Positions 48,538 to 57,567 of a stretch of 64,000 nucleotides of DNA are shown here, in pieces. The DNA comes from a virus: IMG/VR virus record IMGVR_UViG_3300001530_000094; one strand, 5' to 3'. The notes below the pieces were generated by a model. It made no database searches, was not told the origin of the DNA, and saw nothing but the letters and a program-made list of their open reading frames with translations. Each line of letters begins with the position of its first letter. Positions within the stretch are counted from its first letter, which is position 1. The position numbers and the translations under genes were made by a program.

Positions 48538-49680
48538 TTGATTAATATAGAACTTGGAAAAGGAGTAAATTTAGACAAAGACGGAAGAAACTTATATAGA
48601 TACTTACACAATGATTTACCCAGTGCAAATGAAATAACTATATGGGATAACGGTAAAGCAACTATAAAAAATATGTGTAATATGTTTAATAGTATGATTA
48701 ATCTAACTAATCTTAATATAAGTAATTTAAACACTTATAATGTGATAGATATGAGTAATTTTTGCAGAGGGTGTAATAATCTAAGAAGTCTTTCTAATTT
48801 TGATACTTCTAGAGCTACTAATATGAAATATGCATTTAAAAATTGTAAAAACATAACTTCTTTTGAGAATTATGATACTTCTAATACTTTAGACTTATAT
48901 GGAATCTTTGAAGGATGTACAGCGATTACTACTATACCTAATTATAATGTAATAAATGCAACTAACTTTAGTAATATGTTTAATGGATGTACAGCTTTAA
49001 CTTCTATACCAGAATTAAATACTAATAGAGCAATGCAGATGAGTAATATGTTTTCACAATGCAAAAACCTAACTACTATTCCACTACTAGATACACATAG
49101 AGTAACTAACATGAGTAACATGTTTTTAAATTGTAGTAAATTAAATAATATTCCTGAATTACTTACTTCTAATTTATCTAACATGGCATATATGTTTGCT
49201 TATTGTGAAAATATTAGCACTATTCCTAACTTAATAACTACTAATGTAAGCAATATTTCTGGAGTATTTTTTGAGTGTAAAAATTTAACTCAAGCTCCTA
49301 ACATTAATACCTCTAAAGTAGAAGATGCAAGTGCAATGTTTTATAACTGTATTAAATTAGTTAATGCTCCACTTTATATTTTTACTAATACTTTAGAGAT
49401 GGACACTATGTTTTATAATTGCACATCATTAGAAAGAGTTCCAATTTATAACACATCTAAAGTAACCAACATGAGTAAGATGTTCTATAGATGTAATAAT
49501 TTAGTTAATGCAAGTATACAAAATATAATAAGTATGTGTTTGAATAGTAATATTACAGATACAAATCAAATGAATCTTAATAATGCAAATCAATATAGTC
49601 CATTTAATGGAACTAAATTCAATGCAAGTTATTATGAAAATAGATACAATGAGATAAATGCAGCGGGCTGGAAGTACTAA
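48538..49680 (+). CDS. BspA-like LRR (DUF285) protein
   Basis: Tandem LxNMFxxCxNLxxIPxxxxxNVTNMSNMF repeats. Confidence 0.82.
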   Translation: MINIELGKGVNLDKDGRNLYRYLHNDLPSANEITIWDNGKATIKNMCNMFNSMINLTNLNISNLNTYNVIDMSNFCRGCNNLRSLSNFDTSRATNMKYAFKNCKNITSFENYDTSNTLDLYGIFEGCTAITTIPNYNVINATNFSNMFNGCTALTSIPELNTNRAMQMSNMFSQCKNLTTIPLLDTHRVTNMSNMFLNCSKLNNIPELLTSNLSNMAYMFAYCENISTIPNLITTNVSNISGVFFECKNLTQAPNINTSKVEDASAMFYNCIKLVNAPLYIFTNTLEMDTMFYNCTSLERVPIYNTSKVTNMSKMFYRCNNLVNASIQNIISMCLNSNITDTNQMNLNNANQYSPFNGTKFNASYYENRYNEINAAGWKY

Positions 49681-49729
49681 AGATAAAAGATAAAGTTTTT
49701 AAAATAACTAAAAGAAAGGAGATACCTAA

Positions 49730-50830
49730 ATGAGTTCTAATTTGATAGCAGATTTAACTCAGGTTAACCTGATAAAGCAAAATATAAAGAATGCAATAAT
49801 TAATAAGGGGCAGACAGTAACTAACTTTCTAAGTTATCCTGGTGCTATAGAAAATATACAGAGTGGTGGTAGTGGAGAAGGAGATATTGCACTTTATAAA
49901 AATATTTCAGAGATGCAAGCCAGCACTGCTAATGAAGGAGACTTAGCTCTAGTATATAGCACGAATAATTTACAAGCTTTATGGCAGTATACAAACAATA
50001 GTTGGGAATTAGCTACAACTGGATTAACTGCTAATAGAGAATATGTAAATTCAGCTAAATTTTGGGGAGCTAATGGAGTAGAAACTGGTGTGCTACAAGT
50101 AAACAATAATCTAACTACAGAACAAGTAAAAATAAAAGCTCAAATATATAATGATTTAAGCTATTTAGAGTTAGACCCTAATATTAATTCTCTGCAAGGA
50201 GTATATTATAATAAAATGAATAGGAGGTCACAAGGATATAAAGGTGAGACTCTTCCATTTATTAATTGTCCTTATGTAACTAACATGAGTCAATTTATGT
50301 ATCAATCTCATCTTAAATCTTTATCAGGATTTAATTCAATTAATGTAACTAATATGAGAGAATTATTTGCTTATTCAACTAATTTGAAAAATGTACCGCT
50401 TTTTGATACATCTAACTGTGTAGATATGCAAAGTATGTTTGTAGGATGTTCTGTATTATGTGATGTTCCTAATTTTAATACTATAAATTGTACTAATACT
50501 GTTGGTATGTTTGAGTCTTGCTATAATTTAACAGAAGCTCCAGAACTAGATTTATCAAATGTACTAAATGTAAATTATATGTTTCAAAGTTGTAATCATT
50601 TAATTAATATACCTATGTTTAATATATATAAGGCTACAAATGCTCATCAAATGTTTTATTATTGTAATAATTTATCAAATGAGGCTTATGCTAATATAGC
50701 TAATTCTCTTCCTAATATTACGAATTTATCTAATCATTATATATCAAATTTAGGTTTAAATATTAATAAATTCACAAATGAACAAATAAATATATTAAAT
50801 GTAAAAGGTTATGTAGATGCTATAATCTAA
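49730..50830 (+). CDS. modular BspA-like LRR protein
   Basis: N-terminal LIADLTQVNLIKQNIKNAIINKGQTVTNFLSY module then LRR repeats. Confidence 0.8.
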   Translation: MSSNLIADLTQVNLIKQNIKNAIINKGQTVTNFLSYPGAIENIQSGGSGEGDIALYKNISEMQASTANEGDLALVYSTNNLQALWQYTNNSWELATTGLTANREYVNSAKFWGANGVETGVLQVNNNLTTEQVKIKAQIYNDLSYLELDPNINSLQGVYYNKMNRRSQGYKGETLPFINCPYVTNMSQFMYQSHLKSLSGFNSINVTNMRELFAYSTNLKNVPLFDTSNCVDMQSMFVGCSVLCDVPNFNTINCTNTVGMFESCYNLTEAPELDLSNVLNVNYMFQSCNHLINIPMFNIYKATNAHQMFYYCNNLSNEAYANIANSLPNITNLSNHYISNLGLNINKFTNEQINILNVKGYVDAII

Positions 50831-50892
50831 TTAAAAGATAAAATATTAATTATATTAAGAAAATAATTTAAGAAAGGAGAGAATCCTTAAAA

Positions 50893-52812
50893 ATGAGTAA
50901 TAATTTAATTTCAGATTTAACTCAGATTAATACTATAAAGACTGACATAAAGAATGCAATAGAAAATAAAGGGCAAACTGTAACTAACTTCAATTCTTAT
51001 TCTAGTGCTATAGAGAATATAGTAACTGGAGGCGGAGGAGTAAAACAATATGACTCTTTAGAAAATATGTATGCTGATATTTCTAATGCTCATAATGGAG
51101 ATTTGGCGACTGTATATGCTAGTTCTCAAGCTGGTATTACAGAGACTACAGAATTTCAAGTAGCAACTTTTCCACAGACAGTAGTATTAGATACAGTTGT
51201 ATCAGATTATGTTGAACTAAGATTTCAAGCAGTAGATGAAAGTATAATGTTTGATTGTATGGGTCAATTAGATAATGAATATTTTAGGATGGATTGTTAT
51301 ACAGATGATGAAAATATAAGAATAGAATACGAAAGTCAAGATGGATTAACTTATACTAGAACTAGATTTATGAAGAATGATGAAGATGTTTCTGGAAATG
51401 AAATGGATTTTGGAACATTAATAAAATTTGGCAATAGATGGGGAGAGTCAGAATTTAATCCAGTGATTAGTAAATTTATTATTTCAGGTTCAACTGTATT
51501 TGATGGGGTATTTCAATATAATGGAACTAATTTTAATTTATTATCTAATACAGGATTGAATGCTAATCCAGAAACTTTATGGGATGGTAAATTTTATGGA
51601 GCTAATGGAATACAGAATGGAACTTTAAGTCAAGCTACTAATCTAAATTTACAACAACTAAAAGATAGAGTTAATTTATATAGTAATATAAGTAATTTAG
51701 CTTTAGATGAGAATATAAATAACGCATCATTTTTATTTCAATATAAATATAATATTACGAATGTACCTAATATAAATACTTCTAATGTAACTGATATGAG
51801 GAGTATGTTCGAATATTGTAACAATTTAACTACAGTACCTAATTTTAATACTTCTAATGTTACTACTATGGAATCTTTATTTTATGGATGTTCAAACTTA
51901 ATTAGCGTACCTAATTTTAATACTTCTAACGTTACTAGTATGTATGGAACATTTTATGGATGTAATAATTTAACTAGCATACCTAATTTCAATACTTCTA
52001 AAGTTACTCTTATGACTCAAATGTTCTATGGTTGTAACAATTTAGTTGCTATACCTAACTTAGATTTTTCTAGTGTCAATAAATTATGGGAATCATTTTA
52101 TTACTGTGCTAATTTAACAAGTATACCAGAATCATTAGAAATGGCTAATAATATTACTGAAGTATTTTCTGCTTTCGGAAGTTGTCACTCTATTACAAGT
52201 ATACCTAATATAAATTTGTCTTTAGTATCTAACATTGAGAAATTATTTATATATTGTAGTAATTTAGTTAATATTCCTAATATAAATTTTTCTAATGTGA
52301 AAAAAGCAAGTCAAGCCTTTGCTGGTTGTAGTAATTTAACAAATCTTTCAAACGTAGATTTTTCAAATGTTGTTAATTCAGAAAGCATGTTCTCTGCTTG
52401 CACTAACCTAGTAGACATATCAGCCTTAAGCTTTAACTCTCTTGTAAATGCTATGTATATGTTCTCTGGATGTGATAATCTAACAAATCTACCTAGTATT
52501 GACTTAAAAGGTGTAAAAAATGCCTCTGGTATATTCTTTGGATGTACTAACTTAGTAAATATACCTATATTAAATATGAATAATGTGACAGATGCAACTA
52601 ATATGTTTTATAATTGCAATAGTTTATCACCGAGTACTTATTCTAATATTGCTAATATGTTACCTAATGCAAATCAATTTGACCCATATAATCGTTTATT
52701 GTCATATATGGGATTAAATGTGCAGAATTTTTCATCTTCTGATAACTCTATTTTAAAAAATAAAGGTTATCTTGAATACCAGCCTAATTATTATACTATA
52801 CAATATACATAG
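50893..52812 (+). CDS. modular BspA-like LRR protein
   Basis: Same N-terminal module; about 15 FNTSNVTxMxxMFxGCNNLxxIPN repeats. Confidence 0.85.
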   Translation: MSNNLISDLTQINTIKTDIKNAIENKGQTVTNFNSYSSAIENIVTGGGGVKQYDSLENMYADISNAHNGDLATVYASSQAGITETTEFQVATFPQTVVLDTVVSDYVELRFQAVDESIMFDCMGQLDNEYFRMDCYTDDENIRIEYESQDGLTYTRTRFMKNDEDVSGNEMDFGTLIKFGNRWGESEFNPVISKFIISGSTVFDGVFQYNGTNFNLLSNTGLNANPETLWDGKFYGANGIQNGTLSQATNLNLQQLKDRVNLYSNISNLALDENINNASFLFQYKYNITNVPNINTSNVTDMRSMFEYCNNLTTVPNFNTSNVTTMESLFYGCSNLISVPNFNTSNVTSMYGTFYGCNNLTSIPNFNTSKVTLMTQMFYGCNNLVAIPNLDFSSVNKLWESFYYCANLTSIPESLEMANNITEVFSAFGSCHSITSIPNINLSLVSNIEKLFIYCSNLVNIPNINFSNVKKASQAFAGCSNLTNLSNVDFSNVVNSESMFSACTNLVDISALSFNSLVNAMYMFSGCDNLTNLPSIDLKGVKNASGIFFGCTNLVNIPILNMNNVTDATNMFYNCNSLSPSTYSNIANMLPNANQFDPYNRLLSYMGLNVQNFSSSDNSILKNKGYLEYQPNYYTIQYT

Positions 52813-52825
52813 AGGAGGTTATGTT

Positions 52826-53464
52826 ATGGCTACTATTACAGTAAATAAAGGACCAGATTATGATGTTGGAGCTTATAATTTACGTACTAATATAAATAAA
52901 TTAAATACTTATAAAAATATCACTATAAAGGATGAAAGTAATGTAGGAGTAGTTGCAAGTTTAGATTCTCTTTTTGAAAATATGGTTAATGTAGTTAATA
53001 TAAATATACAAATGAATACTTCTACAGTGAGCGGCTGTTGGTGTATGTGTTATAACTGTACGAACTTAAAAAGTATTTCCAATTTTAATACTTCTAATGT
53101 AACTAGCGTAAGTGGAATGTTCAGTAATTGTGTAAAATTAGTGAGTGTACCAAACTTTGATTTTAGGAAGGCCACAGATTTTGACTGCTTTAGAGGTTGT
53201 AGAAATCTTAGAGATTTACCTCAATTTAATTTACCTAATTTATATAGTAATGGGTTAATACAAGCTTTTGCTAATTGTAATAATCTATCAAATGCCAGCG
53301 TACAAAATATAATAAATATATGTTTGAATATGACTAATGTTTCATCTGGGTATATGAATTTAAACACTTTTAATTGGAATAGTCCTTTTTGTTACACAAA
53401 TATAGTAAATACACGTTATCAGAATCGTTGGGCAGAATTAAATGCTAAAGGATGGACATACTAA
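52826..53464 (+). CDS. BspA-like LRR protein
   Basis: ATG 52826 (ggaggtt RBS) MATITVNKGPDYDVGAYNLRTNINKLN; LRR repeats. Confidence 0.78.
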   Translation: MATITVNKGPDYDVGAYNLRTNINKLNTYKNITIKDESNVGVVASLDSLFENMVNVVNINIQMNTSTVSGCWCMCYNCTNLKSISNFNTSNVTSVSGMFSNCVKLVSVPNFDFRKATDFDCFRGCRNLRDLPQFNLPNLYSNGLIQAFANCNNLSNASVQNIINICLNMTNVSSGYMNLNTFNWNSPFCYTNIVNTRYQNRWAELNAKGWTY

Positions 53465-53524
53465 AATAATTTAAGAAGTTATAAATTATAATAAGGGAAT
53501 AAATAAGAAAGGAAGTAAAAAGAA

Positions 53525-54571
53525 ATGATTGATGTAATTATACCTGCTTATAATAGTCAAGATACAATAATTAGAACTCTTGCTAGTATAGCAATGCAAT
53601 TAAATAGAAATGAATTAAAAGTAACAATAGTAAATGACGGAGGAAAAGACTATAAAGATATAGTAAATACTTTTTCACCTATCATAGATATAAAAGAAAT
53701 AGGATATGAAATAAACAGAGGACCAGGATATGCAAGACAATATGGTATTGATAATACCAAAGAAGATTTTATAACATTTATAGATGCAGATGATACTTTT
53801 TATGAGGCTTGTTCTCTTAGTATGTTAGCTAAGCCTCTTAAAGATACTTCAGCTAAATTCATAATAAGTCCATTTATTCAAATAGGGAAAGAAGTAGGGC
53901 AACAAGCTCCTATGCAAGCAAATTTAGTATGGGTTTTCGGACACATGTATAGAAGAAGTTTCTTACAAGAACACAACATTAGATTTACAAGTACTCGTTC
54001 TAATGAAGATGTTGGATTTAACAACATGTGTAATCTTATTGCTCAACATGATATGGGAGCAGAAGGTGGAAAAATATTAAATGTTCCAACTTATGAATGG
54101 CATTATAATGAAGTATCTATTACTAGAAGAGGTAAAGATGAATATGAGTATGGTATTTGTACTCCAGGGTATATCTTTAATCTACATCATGCTTACGATG
54201 TAGCTCAAAGAGAAGGAGTTCCTCTTAAAAATATAGCTCCAGCTGCATTAGAAACAGCATTCAGTTGTTTTATCTATTACAACGTAGCTTTAGCTAAAGA
54301 AGTTCCACCTGAAACTCTAGCAGCTATAGAAGAATTAAGTAGAAAGTTCTATTATGATTATTATAAACAAATACAACAATATATATCTAAAGATGATTAT
54401 AAACTAATGTATACTAATTCTATGAATAGTAAAGGTACACATTTACAAGGAATAATTTTTAAACAAACACTAGACCAGTTTATAGAATTAATGTTTAGTA
54501 AAGAACCAGACACAGTAACTTACAAAGAATTAGAAGATAAAGTACAAGGAATAGCAGAACAATTAAAATAA
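53525..54571 (+). CDS. family 2-type glycosyltransferase
   Basis: MIDVIIPAYNSQDTIIRTLASI...NRGPGYARQYGIDNTKEDFITFIDADDTFY. Confidence 0.88.
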   Translation: MIDVIIPAYNSQDTIIRTLASIAMQLNRNELKVTIVNDGGKDYKDIVNTFSPIIDIKEIGYEINRGPGYARQYGIDNTKEDFITFIDADDTFYEACSLSMLAKPLKDTSAKFIISPFIQIGKEVGQQAPMQANLVWVFGHMYRRSFLQEHNIRFTSTRSNEDVGFNNMCNLIAQHDMGAEGGKILNVPTYEWHYNEVSITRRGKDEYEYGICTPGYIFNLHHAYDVAQREGVPLKNIAPAALETAFSCFIYYNVALAKEVPPETLAAIEELSRKFYYDYYKQIQQYISKDDYKLMYTNSMNSKGTHLQGIIFKQTLDQFIELMFSKEPDTVTYKELEDKVQGIAEQLK

Positions 54572-54600
54572 TACAAACTTCGAAAGGAGAAAAAGAAAAT

Positions 54601-55851
54601 ATGAAGATTTTACCTAGAAGAATTTCAAAGATGACTACTATTTCTACATCTCCAGGTGTAAACTATGGACTACATATAGATGCTGTAGATAAAGACAAAA
54701 GCATTATGATACTAGGTAAGAAACTAAATGAGAATGTAGATGAGACTATACTAAAAGACTTAGTAGATAAGTATGCTTATGCTTCAGCACTATTATATTT
54801 TGCTGAGAATTTTAAAATCATAGACAATATAAACAAAAATGATTTACTAGAAGATATAAACGTATTATTGCATAGTAGATGTAGAGTAGTAAAAGAAAAA
54901 GCTCCAGAGTTGGTTAAAATAGGAGAATATCCTCTTTATGAAGGAACTAATTATATACTTCGCGGAGATGGAGAAAATAAGATAAGAGAGTGTTTTAATC
55001 TTAAGGAAGATATAGAAATGGGAGATATTTCTATGGACTATTTGAATAATGCAGAGGTAGATGAAGTAATTAAGAATTTTGTAGTGTGTCCTCATTGTAA
55101 AAATGTATATGAAGAAAGTGCTATAAAAATAGATTATCCAGATATTCCGGATGATTACACTGGCCCAGTAGATGATGAACCTTTAGGGTATGAATGTCCT
55201 TATTGTGGATTTCATTCAGTTAATGAAGAAAGTTTCTCGGATGCTTGGTTAGATGATTTAAAAGATGCTCCTAACATTGGAGAATACTTAGATATTCCTA
55301 TCAATGAAGATGCAGGAACTCAAGCTTCAGACATAGCTGCTAAAGTGGACTACACTTTTCAATCAGCTCCTACTCCAGCTAATCCTGGAAAAAAGAAAAA
55401 GTTTGAAGCTGTAGAAATAAAAGAATTAGATGAAAGTACTCACTTAAATCTAACTGGTTTTATAAAAGATGTAAACGGACTTTATAGAAGAGGAAATTAT
55501 GTAGTAGTCAAAGAATCAGATACTAATAAAATAACTGTAGTTCATCAGTCTAGACTTAATGAAGAAATAGAAGATGTAAAAGAAGAACCAATTACTTCAG
55601 AATCTATAGCTAAAGAACTTGAAGATAAATTAAATCAAGTATATAAAGACAGATTTAAAATAAAAACTACACCTATAGATGAAGCTTATGCTTTAGTAAT
55701 AACTGATAATAACAAAAATAATGCTAATGATTTAGTAGAAGTTACAGACACTGTAAATTCAGCTCTAGAGTCTTTAAATTATTCTAAAAAAGATTATGAA
55801 ATAAACTATAAAAGAAACAATCTAGTAGTAATTATCTACAAAACTAAATAA
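54601..55851 (+). CDS. zinc-ribbon-containing virion-cluster protein
   Basis: VCPHCKNVYEE...YECPYCGFHS. Confidence 0.55.
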   Translation: MKILPRRISKMTTISTSPGVNYGLHIDAVDKDKSIMILGKKLNENVDETILKDLVDKYAYASALLYFAENFKIIDNINKNDLLEDINVLLHSRCRVVKEKAPELVKIGEYPLYEGTNYILRGDGENKIRECFNLKEDIEMGDISMDYLNNAEVDEVIKNFVVCPHCKNVYEESAIKIDYPDIPDDYTGPVDDEPLGYECPYCGFHSVNEESFSDAWLDDLKDAPNIGEYLDIPINEDAGTQASDIAAKVDYTFQSAPTPANPGKKKKFEAVEIKELDESTHLNLTGFIKDVNGLYRRGNYVVVKESDTNKITVVHQSRLNEEIEDVKEEPITSESIAKELEDKLNQVYKDRFKIKTTPIDEAYALVITDNNKNNANDLVEVTDTVNSALESLNYSKKDYEINYKRNNLVVIIYKTK

Positions 55852-55857
55852 TTGTAA

Positions 55858-55893
55858 ATAGTATGAGTTTTCCTTCTTTCTCATACTATTTTT
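55858..55893 (+). terminator. intrinsic terminator
   Basis: atagtatgag/ctcatactat 10-bp stem + T5. Confidence 0.88.
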
Positions 55894-56254
55894 ATGTCTT
55901 ATAATTTAATCTCAATTTTAATTTTTATAAATTTTGTTTAATCTCATTTTTAAATCATAATATCACATTTTTAATTTCATGTTTAATCTCAATAATTTTT
56001 GAAATGGGTAAATTTACTCTCACTAAATCTCAGACTAATTTTATAAAACTCATCTTAAAACTATCTTAAATTTACAAACCACCTTAGTAATATTGGAGAT
56101 TTAAGTGCTTCTGAATTGAATATTTTCATGAAAATATTCTGTGGTAACATTTATTAATTCGAGTTTAATTAAGAAATCAAGTTTTAGAGCTATACGCGCG
56201 CACGCGCGAGAATAAATAGAAGTTCATGCATAAGATTTATAAAGAGGTGAAGTT

Positions 56255-56838
56255 ATGTTAGAAATAGAATTAAATCAATTTTCAGATAGAAAGAAACTTT
56301 ATAAAAACACAGATTTAAAAATAAATGAAGGAATAACAGTGCTTATAGGACCGAACCGGATGTGGTAAAACTTATGCTTGTCATCAAATAAAAGAAAAAT
56401 ATCCTCACACTTATCTTATAGATATAGTAGATGAAACTAAACTAAATTACTCTAATTTTAGGGATGATAAAGATATAGGTAGATGGATGTTAGCTTCAGA
56501 GCGGACAAAGAGTTTATGATAATTTAGAACATCTAGCCATTAATGTAGGTCAATACATTAGAAATTGTAAAAATAAAAATCAAGACCCTATTCTTATAAT
56601 AGATGGAGTAGATTCAGGAGTATCTATAAATCTAATACACAACATAAGAGGTTTCTTAAATCTAATAGCTAAAGATTGTGTAGATAGTAACTTAATAGCA
56701 CATGTTATAGTAACAGCTAACAACTATGAGTTAGTAGTAGATTATGAATCTATATGGATTCCTACACTAGAAAGATTTAATTTTTCATCATATAACTTCG
56801 AAGATTATTATAACTTTAGAGATTTATATTTTGATTAA
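56255..56838 (+). CDS. ABC/SMC-like ATPase requiring two +1 shifts at CGG (absent from ORF track)
   Basis: MLEIELNQFSDRKKLYKNTDLKINEGITVLIGPN-G-CGKTYACHQIKEKYPHTYLIDIVDETKLNYSNFRDDKDIGRWMLASE-G-QRVYDNLEHLAINVGQYIRNCKNKNQDPILIIDGVDSGVSINLIHNIRGFLNLIAKDCVDSNLIAHVIVTANNYELVVDYESIWIPTLERFNFSSYNFEDYYNFRDLYFD*. Confidence 0.92.
56357..56359 (+). other. CGG recoding (+1 frameshift) site 11 (inside Walker A)
   Basis: GGA CCG AAC CGG ATG TGG TAA -> GPN (C)GGA TGT GGT AAA ACT = GPNGCGKT. Confidence 0.95.
56502..56504 (+). other. CGG recoding (+1 frameshift) site 12
   Basis: TCA GAG CGG ACA -> TCA GAG (C) GGA CAA AGA = SEGQR. Confidence 0.92.
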
Positions 56839-56844
56839 AACTGC

Positions 56845-56875
56845 AAACACTAGAATGACTTCAGAGACATTTTTA
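56845..56875 (+). repeat. intergenic repeat copy 4 (aaacactagaatgacttcagagacattttta)
   Basis: Near-identical to 18307 and 43021 copies. Confidence 0.8.
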
Positions 56876-56883
56876 TATTAAAG

Positions 56884-56925
56884 ATAAGATATTATATAGC
56901 TTAGCGCTACTAATATCTTATTTTA
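56884..56925 (+). terminator. hairpin/terminator containing the TAGCGCTA motif in its loop
   Basis: ataagatatt...aatatcttat followed by tttattt. Confidence 0.65.
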
Positions 56926-56960
56926 TTTCTTAAAAACTTTAAGTATTTTTGTAAAAGCAG

Positions 56961-56989
56961 TTTACAAATTTGGAATAATGTGATACAAT
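56961..56989 (+). promoter_or_regulatory. sigma-70-type promoter
   Basis: TTTACA-17-TACAAT. Confidence 0.78.
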
Positions 56990-57035
56990 AGAATGGGGAG
57001 GGGAGAACTATGTACCCCTAAGAAAGGAGTGTAAA

Positions 57036-57278
57036 ATGATGGATAATATTTTAGTAAAAAGGAAAACTCCATTTGGAGATTATGAATTTGTTACACTAAG
57101 AAAACAATACGTAGAAGAAAAAGAAGTAAAAGGTTTTCCACCACATATTTCTTGGAGAGTTGATAACGGAAATAGTTGGCATTTTGAAAGCTCCGTTCAA
57201 TTTTTAAATCAACCATTCGAAGATTTCTTAGAAAAAGAAGGGATGGTATTAGTAGAGGAGGTGAAAGTTGATGGATAA
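57036..57278 (+). CDS. hypothetical protein
   Basis: First gene of a new transcription unit. Confidence 0.6.
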   Translation: MMDNILVKRKTPFGDYEFVTLRKQYVEEKEVKGFPPHISWRVDNGNSWHFESSVQFLNQPFEDFLEKEGMVLVEEVKVDG

Positions 57279-57552
57279 GAAAGATGTATTAGATTTCTTA
57301 AACTTAAAAGTATTTGAACCAGCAATTAAATATAGTAAAGAAAATAATTTACCTGAAATTGCAAAAGGTGTAAGATTTACTAGAATGAGAATGGAACAAT
57401 TACCTGATGCTAGAGCAGTAGTTCAATACTTTTGGAGTGCAGTTATAGGAACAGACAAAAGTATTAAATTTTCAGATATGATGAAAGAACATAATATAGT
57501 AAGATTTGAAGATGTATTAGAAGAATTTAGAGAAAAATTTAAAGATATTTAG
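57268..57552 (+). CDS. hypothetical protein
   Basis: ORF. Confidence 0.6.
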   Translation: MMDKKDVLDFLNLKVFEPAIKYSKENNLPEIAKGVRFTRMRMEQLPDARAVVQYFWSAVIGTDKSIKFSDMMKEHNIVRFEDVLEEFREKFKDI

Positions 57553-57567
57553 AAAGGATTATTTAAG

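Noticed and set aside
10366-56504. Random sequencing indels as the cause of the broken genes
   Set aside because: Twelve independent indels would not all be a C inserted before GG of a Gly codon at an in-frame CGG, none in homopolymers. A systematic base-calling artefact (e.g. from modified DNA) remains formally possible and needs raw-read checks.
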